64,000 nucleotides of DNA from an uncultured Mycoplasmatota bacterium (GTDB taxonomy: Bacteria; Bacillota_I; Bacilli_A; RF39; UBA660). The notes under the pieces were generated by a model. It saw nothing but the letters and a program-made list of their open reading frames with translations. It had not been told where the DNA came from and did no database searches. Every line of letters begins with the position of its first letter. Positions within the stretch are counted from its first letter, which is position 1. A program made the translations under genes and the position numbers. Below are positions 53,114 to 63,287 of this stretch, piece by piece. The stretch spans positions 72,137 through 136,136 of the forward strand of contig CAOJEH010000003.1 of assembly GCA_948434005.1 (NCBI GenBank). The letters are read 5' to 3'.

Positions 53114-55282
53114 TTAATTATCAAAAAAGTCATCAAAGAAATCATCGTCTTCTTCCTCATCATCTAGATTTAAGTTACTTTCTATAACTTTATCTTTATG
53201 TACTATTTCTGAGGATTTATCGCCTATTACTTCCATTTTGCTATCTGCTTTTTTCTTCTTTTCCTCTTCTTTGTTTTTCTTTTCTTCTTCTTCAAGTTCA
53301 GCAATTTTAGCATCTATCTTTTTAACTAATTCATCAACATCAAAATCAGGAGTTGACTGTTTAGATTTTTCTTCATGAATAGGATTTTTGAAAGGATTTC
53401 CTATCATATTATCTTTACCTACAGCTTGATTAGGCATACCTGGAAATGGCGGCATAGGCATATTAGGCATAGAGCCTCTATTAGGATTCATACCGCTTGG
53501 CATCATACCTGGAAACATTCCTCCATTAGGATTGTCACCATCATCTGCAGCATTCATCATCTCTAATAACTTTTTCTTCTTTTCACTTTTTACAAATTCT
53601 TTTATATCAAATGTTTTAACAGTATTTCTTTTTCTAGTTGGATATTTAGCACTAGCGTACTTCTTTCCCCAATTAATTTTATAATCTGGTGTAAATGTTG
53701 TTTTAAATGGGTTCATACGTAGTCTTTTTAAAATAACCTCATTTTCTTTCATACGTTGTAAATCTGCTACTGTTACAAGTGGAGTTGACGCAGTTTTATC
53801 ATCTTTTTTGCTTTTTACTTCTCCACACATTTTTGAAATTTCTTCTAATGCTTTTAATTCTGTAGTAACTAAGTAAATAAGATTACCACAGTTACCTCTT
53901 AATGTTTCTGCATCTTCTTTTCCATATACACTATCTAACTGAGCAAAATTTTGAATAATCATTGTAAATCTTATTTGTCTACTTCTAGCTGCTGTAATCA
54001 TTGTAGTTACATCTTTAAGTGGTGGCATATTTGCAAACTCATCTAGTAAGAAATTTGTTCTAACTGGTAGCTTCCCACCATGTTTTTGAGCAGTTGCAAT
54101 TAATGTCTCGTAAATTTGTTTCAATAGTATTGTAACTAATGAGTGATATGTTTTCTTTTCATCTTGAATTACTATAAATACAGCAGTTGGCTTTTCACCA
54201 ATAGACTCTAAATCTATATCACTATAAGATAACATTTCACTTAAATTTTCACGTGATGCAAAAAGTTTAACTTTTTGTCTAAATACAGATAAAATACTTC
54301 CTTTAGTCTCACTTGGGGCCGTAATTGTAGCTGATGCATTAACTGAGGCTGCACTAGCAGGATCTTTAGTTCCGAAGTATTCTTTTATGTAGGTTGATCC
54401 ACCAAATTTATCTTCTCCAACAGTACTCATTAAATTTATACTATTGATATTTATCTCTTCTTCTTTAGCATCTTCAAATAGACCTAAAGATAATCCAGAA
54501 AAATAATCTGCCGAAGTTTTTTCCCAAAATGGATCTGCATTTTTATTTGATTCATCATATAAAATATTTAAAGCTAGGTCATCTAGTAACTCAATAGCTT
54601 TATCTTGATAGCCAGATTTATACATTTTATATGGCAAGCTCATTGGATTCCAAGCGTTACCATTTTGTGGATCACGGAAGTTAAGTAATAAAATTTGGTA
54701 ACCCTTTTCTCTAAGCATCAAACTTGTTTTTTCATAAATTTCACCTTTAGGATCTGTTATTATCATAGATTCTCTTTTTTTAGATAAAATCTTTACCGTA
54801 GGTAAAATAACTGTTTGAGTTTTACCTGAACCAGTAGCACCAATAACTAAAGTATGATTTTCTCCATTATCTACCCATATATCATCGCCTTTATACATTA
54901 AAGGTGTACCTGCTGCTTTTGTTCTTTTATCATTAATACTTATTTTTTCTACATCTTTTAGTCCTTGAATTTCTTTATTTTTAGCCCATCTACTATAACC
55001 TTTATCCTTCTTTTGGGTAGTAAAACCGATACCCTTTTCCATATCAAAGAATCTTGATGAAACGCTTATAATTAGTGCTAGTAGCGCTATTAAATAAAAA
55101 GATATAGTTGTAGTTATATTTTCTGTTGAAAATGCTGGTAATGGATTTAATCCTGATAATGATCCATATGATGCTATAGATGAAATATTAGCTACTGCTA
55201 AAGCAACTAAATATAGTAAAAATATTGCAAAAGCTATAAATATTGTTAAATCTTCTGGATCTGCTCTAAATTTTAATTTCAT
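53114..55282 (-). CDS. virD4: VirD4/TraG type IV coupling protein
   Basis: Two N-terminal TMs, GYSRWA, GATGSGKT, ITDPKGE, FLLDEFAN, ARSR, QNFAQL..VYG. Confidence 0.93.
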   Translation of the reverse strand: MKLKFRADPEDLTIFIAFAIFLLYLVALAVANISSIASYGSLSGLNPLPAFSTENITTTISFYLIALLALIISVSSRFFDMEKGIGFTTQKKDKGYSRWAKNKEIQGLKDVEKISINDKRTKAAGTPLMYKGDDIWVDNGENHTLVIGATGSGKTQTVILPTVKILSKKRESMIITDPKGEIYEKTSLMLREKGYQILLLNFRDPQNGNAWNPMSLPYKMYKSGYQDKAIELLDDLALNILYDESNKNADPFWEKTSADYFSGLSLGLFEDAKEEEININSINLMSTVGEDKFGGSTYIKEYFGTKDPASAASVNASATITAPSETKGSILSVFRQKVKLFASRENLSEMLSYSDIDLESIGEKPTAVFIVIQDEKKTYHSLVTILLKQIYETLIATAQKHGGKLPVRTNFLLDEFANMPPLKDVTTMITAARSRQIRFTMIIQNFAQLDSVYGKEDAETLRGNCGNLIYLVTTELKALEEISKMCGEVKSKKDDKTASTPLVTVADLQRMKENEVILKRLRMNPFKTTFTPDYKINWGKKYASAKYPTRKRNTVKTFDIKEFVKSEKKKKLLEMMNAADDGDNPNGGMFPGMMPSGMNPNRGSMPNMPMPPFPGMPNQAVGKDNMIGNPFKNPIHEEKSKQSTPDFDVDELVKKIDAKIAELEEEEKKNKEEEKKKKADSKMEVIGDKSSEIVHKDKVIESNLNLDDEEEDDDFFDDFFDN

Positions 55283-55357
55283 ACTACAACTTCCTTTCTG
55301 CGATTATTATAACATAAAACTAATATTAATTCTAGACTATGTTTTATATATATTTTT

Positions 55358-55867
55358 TTAAGGCATTTCAGTATCATCTGGTAAAGCTTTTTTAGCATCT
55401 TCTCTCATTTCTTCTAAATCTTTTTCTCTTTGATAGTTTTCAGGATATATTATTTGCGTATAAGAAACACCTGTATCAGCTGATGTACTATCAGGAGTTA
55501 GTTCGTTACCTATATAACTATATTTAAAATTACCATTACCTAAATTAGTTATTTCAATTAAAGATTCATCTGCTCCTATTGCTAAAGCATAAAAGTATTT
55601 ATCATTACTAGCCTCATCAAAAGTATTATTATAAAACTCTACTCTATCACATATATAAAAATATTTATCATTTAAATACTCAATAAGACCATCTACACAT
55701 TTATCTTTATCAGATTTAGATAAATTTAGTATATCATCATTTCTTAATCTTACATTCTTTTTAGTTATATAATTATTATTTTTAGACTGTGACATAAAAA
55801 TTATAAAGAAAGCGATAACAGATAAGATAATTAATACAATTAATACTTTAATTACTTTTTTATTCAT
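55358..55867 (-). CDS. Membrane-anchored hypothetical protein in the T4SS cluster
   Basis: N-terminal TM/signal; AGGAG RBS. Confidence 0.65.
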   Translation of the reverse strand: MNKKVIKVLIVLIILSVIAFFIIFMSQSKNNNYITKKNVRLRNDDILNLSKSDKDKCVDGLIEYLNDKYFYICDRVEFYNNTFDEASNDKYFYALAIGADESLIEITNLGNGNFKYSYIGNELTPDSTSADTGVSYTQIIYPENYQREKDLEEMREDAKKALPDDTEMP

Positions 55868-55890
55868 AATAACTCCTTATAACTTTATTA

Positions 55891-57585
55891 TTAAAATATA
55901 GAACCTCCATTAATTGCTTTTACAACATGTTGTCCATGTAGACCTAATGCATAATACGGATCATTACCTATACTGTTTTGTCCCATAAATTCTAAAACAT
56001 TCTTTCCATTTGAATGTCCCCATTTATTTGCAGGATTTTGATCATACCATTTTTTTTCCATAGATTTTGCTTCGCCTAATATTACATTTAGTATTTGTCC
56101 ATTTGACATATAGAAGTCTACTTTATCCCCTATTTCTCCAAATGTTGGAGTTGTTGCTATTATATATCTTCCCTGTAGTTTACAAAAACCTTTACTATCA
56201 TGTTTAGAGCCTTCATTTATCCATTTATCTTGGACTTTTCTTTGAGAAGAATCTTCTGGGAATGCATAAGGATTAGTTATTTTTTTACAACATTTCATCA
56301 TATTTCTAGAATGTGCAATTTCCGTTGCTGTAACTGCCAAATCAAATTCTCTTGTTGCATGGGTTCCTAAATTAGCTGGTAATACTATTTCTTTACCTGC
56401 TGTAATACCTACTGCATTATCAGAAGAAGTACATTCTTGAGTTGGATTAGCAAAGCCTACTACTCCTTGTGCTTCTAGATTTGAGTATTGATATGTATTT
56501 ATTCTTACTGCATTACTTGAGTTTCCTTCTACAGTTATCAATTTATTTGCTTCTTGATTGTATTCTTTTACAATACCTATATGACTTCTGCCTTTTGCTT
56601 TCCATATAATTAAGTCTCCAGGTGTAGGAATATAACCAGATGTCAAATCACGAAAAGTTCCTGCCTTTTTAAAATAATCTAGAAAGCTACTAACAGCAGC
56701 AGTACGCGGTATAACTGAGGCATCTATTCCTGCCTCATTAGCACACCAAGATACAAAAGCTGCACACCATGCAGTTCCAGGTGAAAATCCTAAATATGAT
56801 AAATATTTAGCATGAGTTCCATTTGCTTCGTTATTTCCAACTTCAGCTTCTGCTATTTGTAAAATAGTAGTGTTTGATGCACAATTATTTCCAGAACTAC
56901 CAGTACCAGACATTCCTGTATCTTCATCTGCCCCTATAATTGCAGCAACAGCTCCCATTAAAAGAATAAAAAAGAAACATCCACCTAAAATAGCTATTTT
57001 AATTTTTGGATCTTTAAGAAATCCTGAGCCTGATATTTTACCAATTAAATCAAAATCCTTTTCACTTTCATCATCAGATGAACTACCATCTGATGAATCT
57101 GTGGGAGTTGTACTTTTTTTTCTCTTTCCACCAAACAAATTAGATGCTCCAAAACCTGGGGATGATTTTGATTGTTTATCCTTATCATCACCTGATTCTT
57201 TAGACTCTGAATCACTATTTTTTTCTCCAGGCAGACCACCATTATTCATTCCTCTAGCCTTTTTTAGCGCATCGATAGCTCCAGCATCCTCTAGTTTTTT
57301 TGCAGCTTGTCCTAGCCTACCACCTGTTAATTTATCTAGTTTAGCTATTTTATCTGCTGCTTTATCAAGTTTTTTATTAAGTCTCTTTCCAGCTATTGGC
57401 ACTTTTTCTACTTTGCTAATTGCACCACCAGTTTTTGCATCTAAGGCTGCTTTTCCACCTTCTTTTATGACATTTTTAAGACTCTCTTTATCTGAATTGC
57501 CATTTCTATCAGCTTTATATGAATTTTCATTTGATGAATTAGCGGTGCTACCACCTAAATTGCTCTTATCATTTTGTGATGCCAT
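55891..57585 (-). CDS. VirB1-like cell wall hydrolase: cytoplasmic N-terminus, TM, CHAP domain, possible 3D/DPBB-like domain
   Basis: AWCAAFVSWC, PGDLIIW, HIGIV, TVEGN; C-terminal GRYIIAT..FGEIGDKVDF. Confidence 0.85.
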   Translation of the reverse strand: MASQNDKSNLGGSTANSSNENSYKADRNGNSDKESLKNVIKEGGKAALDAKTGGAISKVEKVPIAGKRLNKKLDKAADKIAKLDKLTGGRLGQAAKKLEDAGAIDALKKARGMNNGGLPGEKNSDSESKESGDDKDKQSKSSPGFGASNLFGGKRKKSTTPTDSSDGSSSDDESEKDFDLIGKISGSGFLKDPKIKIAILGGCFFFILLMGAVAAIIGADEDTGMSGTGSSGNNCASNTTILQIAEAEVGNNEANGTHAKYLSYLGFSPGTAWCAAFVSWCANEAGIDASVIPRTAAVSSFLDYFKKAGTFRDLTSGYIPTPGDLIIWKAKGRSHIGIVKEYNQEANKLITVEGNSSNAVRINTYQYSNLEAQGVVGFANPTQECTSSDNAVGITAGKEIVLPANLGTHATREFDLAVTATEIAHSRNMMKCCKKITNPYAFPEDSSQRKVQDKWINEGSKHDSKGFCKLQGRYIIATTPTFGEIGDKVDFYMSNGQILNVILGEAKSMEKKWYDQNPANKWGHSNGKNVLEFMGQNSIGNDPYYALGLHGQHVVKAINGGSIF

Positions 57586-57610
57586 TAGTAATCACCTACT
57601 TCTTTTTAGA

Positions 57611-59401
57611 CTATAATCCTCCTCCGCTACCGAATGAATCTAATTCTTCTTTGGTAACAGTTATATTAATTCTCATACGTCTATTTCCACATACAAATAA
57701 TGCTTCTCCTTGAGAATAGTTTTTAATACTCTCTTTTTCACTTTCATTTAAATCTATTAATAAACTTAAATCTTCTACCGCTTGTTTTTTAAGACCCATT
57801 ACTAAATAATAAGATGCATTATCAAATATTGCTTTACCTTGAGTAATAATTTCTTGAGATGCAAAATCACTTGGTTGTTGAGTTATAATAATTGTACCAG
57901 TATTGTACTTACGTGCACGTCTTTGAACTTGTGCTAAAAAGTCCGCACCTAATCTATTATGATCACCTAATAATACATGTGCTTCATCAATCATAAGCAC
58001 TGTATCAACAGATAAATCAAGACATAGACCCCATGCATATTTTAATACGTTAAAGAATAATGCATTTTTTACATTAGAATCACTATTCATTAATTCTTTA
58101 ATATTAAATACCATGAAATCACTATTTCTATTAATTGTTGTATGTCCATCAAAATAAAATTTTAATTCTTTAGTAATTGGTCTAACTTTTAACTCTAGTC
58201 TTTCCATAATATCTCTTTCTTGAGTTTGCTCTGTCATGGACATTAATTTACCTTTAATAGTAGCATATACATCACTAAAAGTTGGATAATCTTCTGATGT
58301 AAAACCTGAAAAATCTGTATTGTAGTCTATTCCAAAACGTTTATATGTATCTTGTACTATTTCACTAAACATAGTAAGAACATCTTCTTCAATAGATGGA
58401 TCATAATATTTCATAAAGGCTTTTAGAAATTGAAGAGTTCTTGTAAGTACTGTATAACCAAGTCCTTGTTTTATTTCTTCTTCATCTGCATCTATTACCA
58501 CTTCAAGTGGATTTATTAATCCAAATTCTCCACCTTTACCAATATCTACTTGATCTCCACCAAATGTTCTTGTAATTTCTGCAAGCTCATTTTCTGGATC
58601 GATAGCTACTATTTGACATCTATTTCTAATGTGTGTTCTAAGCATTAGTTTAGCGGCAGTTGATTTACCACTTCCTGATGTACCTAAAATAATCATATTG
58701 GCATTATTTCTATTATTTTCTTTTCTTATTTTATATAAAAATTGATTAAATAATATTACTCCTCCTGAAAAATCAACTCCAAGTAGTGTTGATAATCCTG
58801 GATCTTTAATACTATCAAATATAAATGGATACATTGCGGCAATAGTAACAGATGGAATTGGAGTCCCTATTCTCTCTTCTATATCTTGTGATGGGAATAT
58901 AGGTAAGATTGATTTTAGAACTTTTTCTTGTTCAAATCTTAATGATATTGCTCTTAATTCCATAGCATCCAAATAATTTTTAACATTTACTTTCTTTAAT
59001 TCTAACTCTTCTTTAGTATCAGCAGTAATCATAATGTGCATCTGAAAATCAAAGATACGAGCTTGGGAAGCTGCTAACATAGATATGAAATATTCCAAAC
59101 TCTCGTAATCTTGTCTAATTCTTTCTTTAGATGTTTGGTCTTTTTCTCTAGTATATCTTTCTTTTAAGTCGGCGACTTGTTTATTTAACATCTTTGAAAT
59201 CATACTGAATGGTACAGGAAGATGCTTTACAACAACTTTTATTCCTGACATATTTGTTAATGTAGATAAATACCCAGGTTGGATATATCTAGGATATGAT
59301 ACAACTGTTAGTATAGTTGCATATTTATCACTTATAAAGAAATCACTTGGGTTAAAGTGTAATCCTTTTGGCGCTAACTGCCCTCTTATACTTATACTCA
59401 T
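57611..59401 (-). CDS. virB4: VirB4-family T4SS ATPase
   Basis: NANMIILGTSGSGKS, IDPENE, INPL, LMIDEAH, RRARKY, TQQPSDF. Confidence 0.93.
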   Translation of the reverse strand: MSISIRGQLAPKGLHFNPSDFFISDKYATILTVVSYPRYIQPGYLSTLTNMSGIKVVVKHLPVPFSMISKMLNKQVADLKERYTREKDQTSKERIRQDYESLEYFISMLAASQARIFDFQMHIMITADTKEELELKKVNVKNYLDAMELRAISLRFEQEKVLKSILPIFPSQDIEERIGTPIPSVTIAAMYPFIFDSIKDPGLSTLLGVDFSGGVILFNQFLYKIRKENNRNNANMIILGTSGSGKSTAAKLMLRTHIRNRCQIVAIDPENELAEITRTFGGDQVDIGKGGEFGLINPLEVVIDADEEEIKQGLGYTVLTRTLQFLKAFMKYYDPSIEEDVLTMFSEIVQDTYKRFGIDYNTDFSGFTSEDYPTFSDVYATIKGKLMSMTEQTQERDIMERLELKVRPITKELKFYFDGHTTINRNSDFMVFNIKELMNSDSNVKNALFFNVLKYAWGLCLDLSVDTVLMIDEAHVLLGDHNRLGADFLAQVQRRARKYNTGTIIITQQPSDFASQEIITQGKAIFDNASYYLVMGLKKQAVEDLSLLIDLNESEKESIKNYSQGEALFVCGNRRMRINITVTKEELDSFGSGGGL

Positions 59402-59961
59402 ACTGGTATCACCGTCCCAAACTCTGTAGTTTGTCCACCATTTAAGAAGTTATCTAAAATTACTCTTAAATCATCATTACTCACCTGTTTGGCATTCAAA
59501 CCACATGTAGCAAGACCATTTATTAATAGTCTAATTTTCTTTTGTAATTTGTCATCATCTTTTTCTTTAAATAGAAAATAGTATTCTGTATCTACAACAT
59601 TGTTATTAATAAATGTATTACACTTTTCTATATCCTGAAGAATTAATTTTCTTATAGCTTGATTTGGTGTACTATTAAGCTCTAATTGTAGTTGAGATAT
59701 ATATATAGAAATATCAACTGGTCTATCCGCAACAACTAACCAAAATTCAAAATCAATCATATTATAAAAGTTTTTCAAACTGATTAAAACACTATTTTGA
59801 GAACTATCATCAAGTATAAATATATTTTTTGGTGTTATCTTAACACCAGACACTTTATTATTTCCATAAGTTATTATTGTACTATTTTCAATATTTTTAA
59901 CTGGTAACCAATCTTCACTTGATTTTCTTACGTTTTTGTTTTCTGATGCCAAGGCCAACAC
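59398..59961 (-). CDS. Small TraC/VirB4 N-terminal-like T4SS component
   Basis: Overlaps both neighbours; WLPVKNI, VKITPKNIFIL; C-terminal helix resembles a VirB4 N-terminal segment. Confidence 0.6.
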   Translation of the reverse strand: MLALASENKNVRKSSEDWLPVKNIENSTIITYGNNKVSGVKITPKNIFILDDSSQNSVLISLKNFYNMIDFEFWLVVADRPVDISIYISQLQLELNSTPNQAIRKLILQDIEKCNTFINNNVVDTEYYFLFKEKDDDKLQKKIRLLINGLATCGLNAKQVSNDDLRVILDNFLNGGQTTEFGTVIPV

Positions 59962-60247
59962 ACCATCCTTTCCATTTATATCTTCTTTGGTTCTTAAAAA
60001 ATTCTATTAGCTCTGAAATAACAATTAACATATTATGATAATATGGTACAGGAACTACTAGAAATCCTGTTATTAAAGCAGGTGCTAATATTATTATAGT
60101 TACCAAAGTAGATGTCATCTGTATAGTTAATAAAAACAATAATGTTATTAATATACCTGAACCAAATAAAACCAAATCTACTGGTCTAAATAGACCTAAA
60201 ATAAGTTGTCCTTTCTTTGTATTTGCAGGAATCAAATAATGGTTCAC
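59915..60247 (-). CDS. PrgI/VirB3-like membrane protein
   Basis: YLIPAN...ILGLF, two TMs, F..QRRY.W tail, directly upstream of VirB4. Confidence 0.7.
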   Translation of the reverse strand: MNHYLIPANTKKGQLILGLFRPVDLVLFGSGILITLLFLLTIQMTSTLVTIIILAPALITGFLVVPVPYYHNMLIVISELIEFFKNQRRYKWKGWCVGLGIRKQKRKKIK

Positions 60248-60265
60248 TGTATCACACTCCCTTTA

Positions 60266-62329
60266 TTATTTAAATTTATTAGGATCATCTGCTGACCAAG
60301 TATTGTCACGATGTCTATCTCCATCAGACTGTCGTCTACCTAATACTCTATCTGTCATACCTTGATGTTCAGTTGACGTATCAAGATTATTTCTTTTAGC
60401 AAAGAAGCCGCGTCTATGATCTTCTTCAAATGTAGTTTCAACATGATGCTTCTGACCAAATTCCAATGCTCGCTCGTAGTTTGTCTTAGCAGCACCATGT
60501 GTTTTCTTTTGAGCCTCCACTCTACTATTCAAAGCATCTCTAATAGCTTCATCTTTTCCAGTAAATGTTCCAATAACTCTTCCCCTTGCATCAGTTTTAG
60601 TATATACAGTTTGACCTGCAGCATTTGTTCCTGTTGCGGTATAATTATCATTATTTAATATATCATCTTGTTCCCCTGCTGACATTTGCCCATTTTGATA
60701 TCTATTAAGATCTCCTTGAAATCTTGCTAATTTATTCTCTTCATTATACATTCTGCCTTTTGCTTTTTCCAACTCCCCATGAGTAACACCGTATTGTGAA
60801 GCTTTCCTAACCATAGCATCTCGTTGCAAATTACCTTTCAGTCTATTTGCTATTCCTCCTCGTGCTTTTTCATCTCCTGTTCTTATTTGAGCAGCCAAAT
60901 TACTACCTGTACCCCATGCAGATGGTGCTTGCTTTCCTTGAGCAGCAGCTTCTGCTGAATTTTGCATTGCTTCTAATGCACCTGCTCCTGCTCCTGCTAA
61001 TCCAGCTCCTCCCATACGGGCACCTGCTCCTCCTAAAATGCCTGATAAGCCGACGTTTGACATCATACCTTTTAGGCCAAGAGCATCTCGGATAAATTTA
61101 GGTGCACTTTTAGCAAAGAAAAATAAACCTATTATTATAAATATTGATGAAAACACTCCAACGATACCATTTGTAATAGGTAGGTCTAAACCATTTTCAC
61201 ATATATCTTGAACTAAAAATACTATAAAATAAATAATTGCTAATCTAATAAACAAATCAGCATATGTTGAAATAAGTGCTTTCATCCATGCTGCAAAGGA
61301 ACCATTTTCACTTGATTTTGGATCAACATAGCTAATTATTGGTATTGGTGCAAGCAATCTAAGAATAGCTAATTTTAACGCTCTTATTGCTATATCAATA
61401 CAGTAACCAATTAATACTACTAATAACAATATTCCACAAATAGTTGATATAATTGGTGTATAAGTAAACATCCATCTATTTTCTGTATTTTTATCACTAG
61501 CAGTAAGAAGATGAAATCCTGGACCATCATTACAATACTCTGTTATATTATCTGGGCTAATAACATCCATTATATTATCGGCTTTTATATAGTTATTTAA
61601 CTGTTCCATTTCGGAAGGTGAATATCCATCACCATGCACACTACTACATATATAATCATCTTCAGTTATTTTACCTTTACCAGTTGCACTTTCATCTAGA
61701 TTTATTCTTACAAACCCCTTTAAAACATATATAGCCAAATCATTTGCTTGATCTTCTAATCCTTTACTATTTTTTGATACATCGTATTTATTACTATTAT
61801 CGCCTAAAACCAGTTTTACTAAAACATTTCCTTTTAAGACCCGTTCTTGCAAAGAATATAGTGTTCCAAAAAGTAAACCACTTTGATTCAAATGATAGTT
61901 ATAACTTTTAACCTTACCATCTTTAGCTGCTTGGATTTCTGATGAGGTAAGCGGAATACTAAGTGGGATTATTGCTGCAAACATTGCTAACATTGCAATT
62001 AATCTAGTGATTATTTTACCCATACCTTTTTTTTGGTCTGTTAAATAATCTGGGTTTATAACTGCGTGTAATAATGATATGGACAGTTTAAATATCATGA
62101 AAACGCCTATTATAAGTTGGACTCTACTATAAAAAGCTTTTATGGTATTGGAAGAAAATATAGTTGAATCAGCAATATTAAATAATATTTCATACACTAC
62201 CGTAACCAATGAATAAACTGCCATATCAAATATTGATAAGATTCCTCTAATAGCCTGCAAAAACCAATTGGGCTTAGAGTTATCAGTATCCATACCACTT
62301 ACTGCACCTATTTGAAACATCACACGCAC
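60266..62329 (-). CDS. VirB6/TrbL-like polytopic channel protein with extended domains
   Basis: IRALKLAILRLLAPIPIISY..P, W.KAL...Y...FIR, AP.FI...LG, Gly/Ala-rich segment, long hydrophilic C-terminus. Confidence 0.75.
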   Translation of the reverse strand: MRVMFQIGAVSGMDTDNSKPNWFLQAIRGILSIFDMAVYSLVTVVYEILFNIADSTIFSSNTIKAFYSRVQLIIGVFMIFKLSISLLHAVINPDYLTDQKKGMGKIITRLIAMLAMFAAIIPLSIPLTSSEIQAAKDGKVKSYNYHLNQSGLLFGTLYSLQERVLKGNVLVKLVLGDNSNKYDVSKNSKGLEDQANDLAIYVLKGFVRINLDESATGKGKITEDDYICSSVHGDGYSPSEMEQLNNYIKADNIMDVISPDNITEYCNDGPGFHLLTASDKNTENRWMFTYTPIISTICGILLLVVLIGYCIDIAIRALKLAILRLLAPIPIISYVDPKSSENGSFAAWMKALISTYADLFIRLAIIYFIVFLVQDICENGLDLPITNGIVGVFSSIFIIIGLFFFAKSAPKFIRDALGLKGMMSNVGLSGILGGAGARMGGAGLAGAGAGALEAMQNSAEAAAQGKQAPSAWGTGSNLAAQIRTGDEKARGGIANRLKGNLQRDAMVRKASQYGVTHGELEKAKGRMYNEENKLARFQGDLNRYQNGQMSAGEQDDILNNDNYTATGTNAAGQTVYTKTDARGRVIGTFTGKDEAIRDALNSRVEAQKKTHGAAKTNYERALEFGQKHHVETTFEEDHRRGFFAKRNNLDTSTEHQGMTDRVLGRRQSDGDRHRDNTWSADDPNKFK

Positions 62330-62342
62330 CTCTTTTCTTTTT

Positions 62343-62768
62343 TTATTTTAAACCACATGCTGGATTATCAGTTGAAAAACCAAATACCGACAATAAAACT
62401 CCTGTTAATAAAGGCACAAAGAATAAAGCTACTGCAGCTAATATTCTTTTAATAAACCTTGATTGCGCTTTTTTCATATTCTCTTCATCTGATGTAATTA
62501 TAGCTTTTCCCATATCTATGCTTCCAAGAACAATAGCAATAGTTGGACCAAGAACCTTTATATAATTAAGTATTTTTTGAATAAGCCAAGCAGTTGAATT
62601 TGGACTATTGATATCTCCAAAGATAGCAGTAGTATTACCTTCACATTCATCTATATCTGCTATTAGTATAACATCATTAAAATCAAGTGTTTTAGCTTGG
62701 ATAGTAACAGGAATTACTATCAAGACAAATAAAATAATTATGAATATTTTTTTTATCATTAACGACAC
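62343..62768 (-). CDS. VirB2/TrbC-like pilin with signal peptide
   Basis: PTIAIVLGSIDMGKAIITSDEENMKKAQSRFIKRILAAV; flanking Cys pair. Confidence 0.7.
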   Translation of the reverse strand: MSLMIKKIFIIILFVLIVIPVTIQAKTLDFNDVILIADIDECEGNTTAIFGDINSPNSTAWLIQKILNYIKVLGPTIAIVLGSIDMGKAIITSDEENMKKAQSRFIKRILAAVALFFVPLLTGVLLSVFGFSTDNPACGLK

Positions 62769-62802
62769 ATCCTAACATTATCGCATACTATTATAATTAT
62801 AA

Positions 62803-62846
62803 CAAAAAAAAAAGTAAATAGCAATTAATATTGTCATTTACTTTAC
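62803..62846 (-). terminator. Terminator after the first pilin
   Basis: aaagtaaatagcaat/attgtcatttacttt imperfect hairpin with a long U-tract on the minus strand. Confidence 0.65.
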
Positions 62847-62854
62847 TAATTCTA

Positions 62855-63208
62855 TTACTTAGCTTTTGACCAACAAGTAGACCATGACTCTGTATCAGCC
62901 TTTCCTCCAGTTGCCTTTTTACTTCCTTTTTGAGCATCACCAACTATGTTCATTATTAATTTAACTAAAAGAACTATGAAGAATATTGCAATTGCATAAA
63001 TACAACGTTTAATAAGCCTTGATTGAGCAGCTTTAACTTCCTTATCATCACTTGAAATTACTGCCTTTCCTAAATCAATTGTTCCAAATAAAATAAGTGC
63101 AATTGGAATTACAAATTGAATTATATTAAATACAGTCTTAACAACCCTAATAAGTGGTAATAAACTATCACAATAATTTATATCTACCATTTGAAATAAA
63201 TCTAACAT
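62855..63208 (-). CDS. VirB2/TrbC-like pilin (putative major subunit)
   Basis: PIALILFGTIDLGKAVISSDDKEVKAAQSRLIKRCIYAI; paralog of 62343..62768. Confidence 0.7.
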   Translation of the reverse strand: MLDLFQMVDINYCDSLLPLIRVVKTVFNIIQFVIPIALILFGTIDLGKAVISSDDKEVKAAQSRLIKRCIYAIAIFFIVLLVKLIMNIVGDAQKGSKKATGGKADTESWSTCWSKAK

Positions 63209-63234
63209 AAATACATCTCCTTTAACTAATTATG

Positions 63235-63264
63235 ATTATACATTATACTAACAATATATGTCAA
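63235..63264 (-). promoter_or_regulatory. Consensus sigA promoter of the pilin gene
   Basis: TTGACA (63259-64), 18 bp spacer, TATAAT (63235-40) on the minus strand. Confidence 0.7.
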
Positions 63265-63287
63265 TATAATTATTGTCTACTTTACAT

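Noticed and set aside
56870..57616. 248-aa plus-strand ORF and other antisense ORFs (4707..5141, 6877..7410, 12677..12982, 28209..28451, 41370..41744)
   Set aside because: Shadow frames opposite well-supported genes, with Ser/Leu/Phe-rich composition and no RBS.
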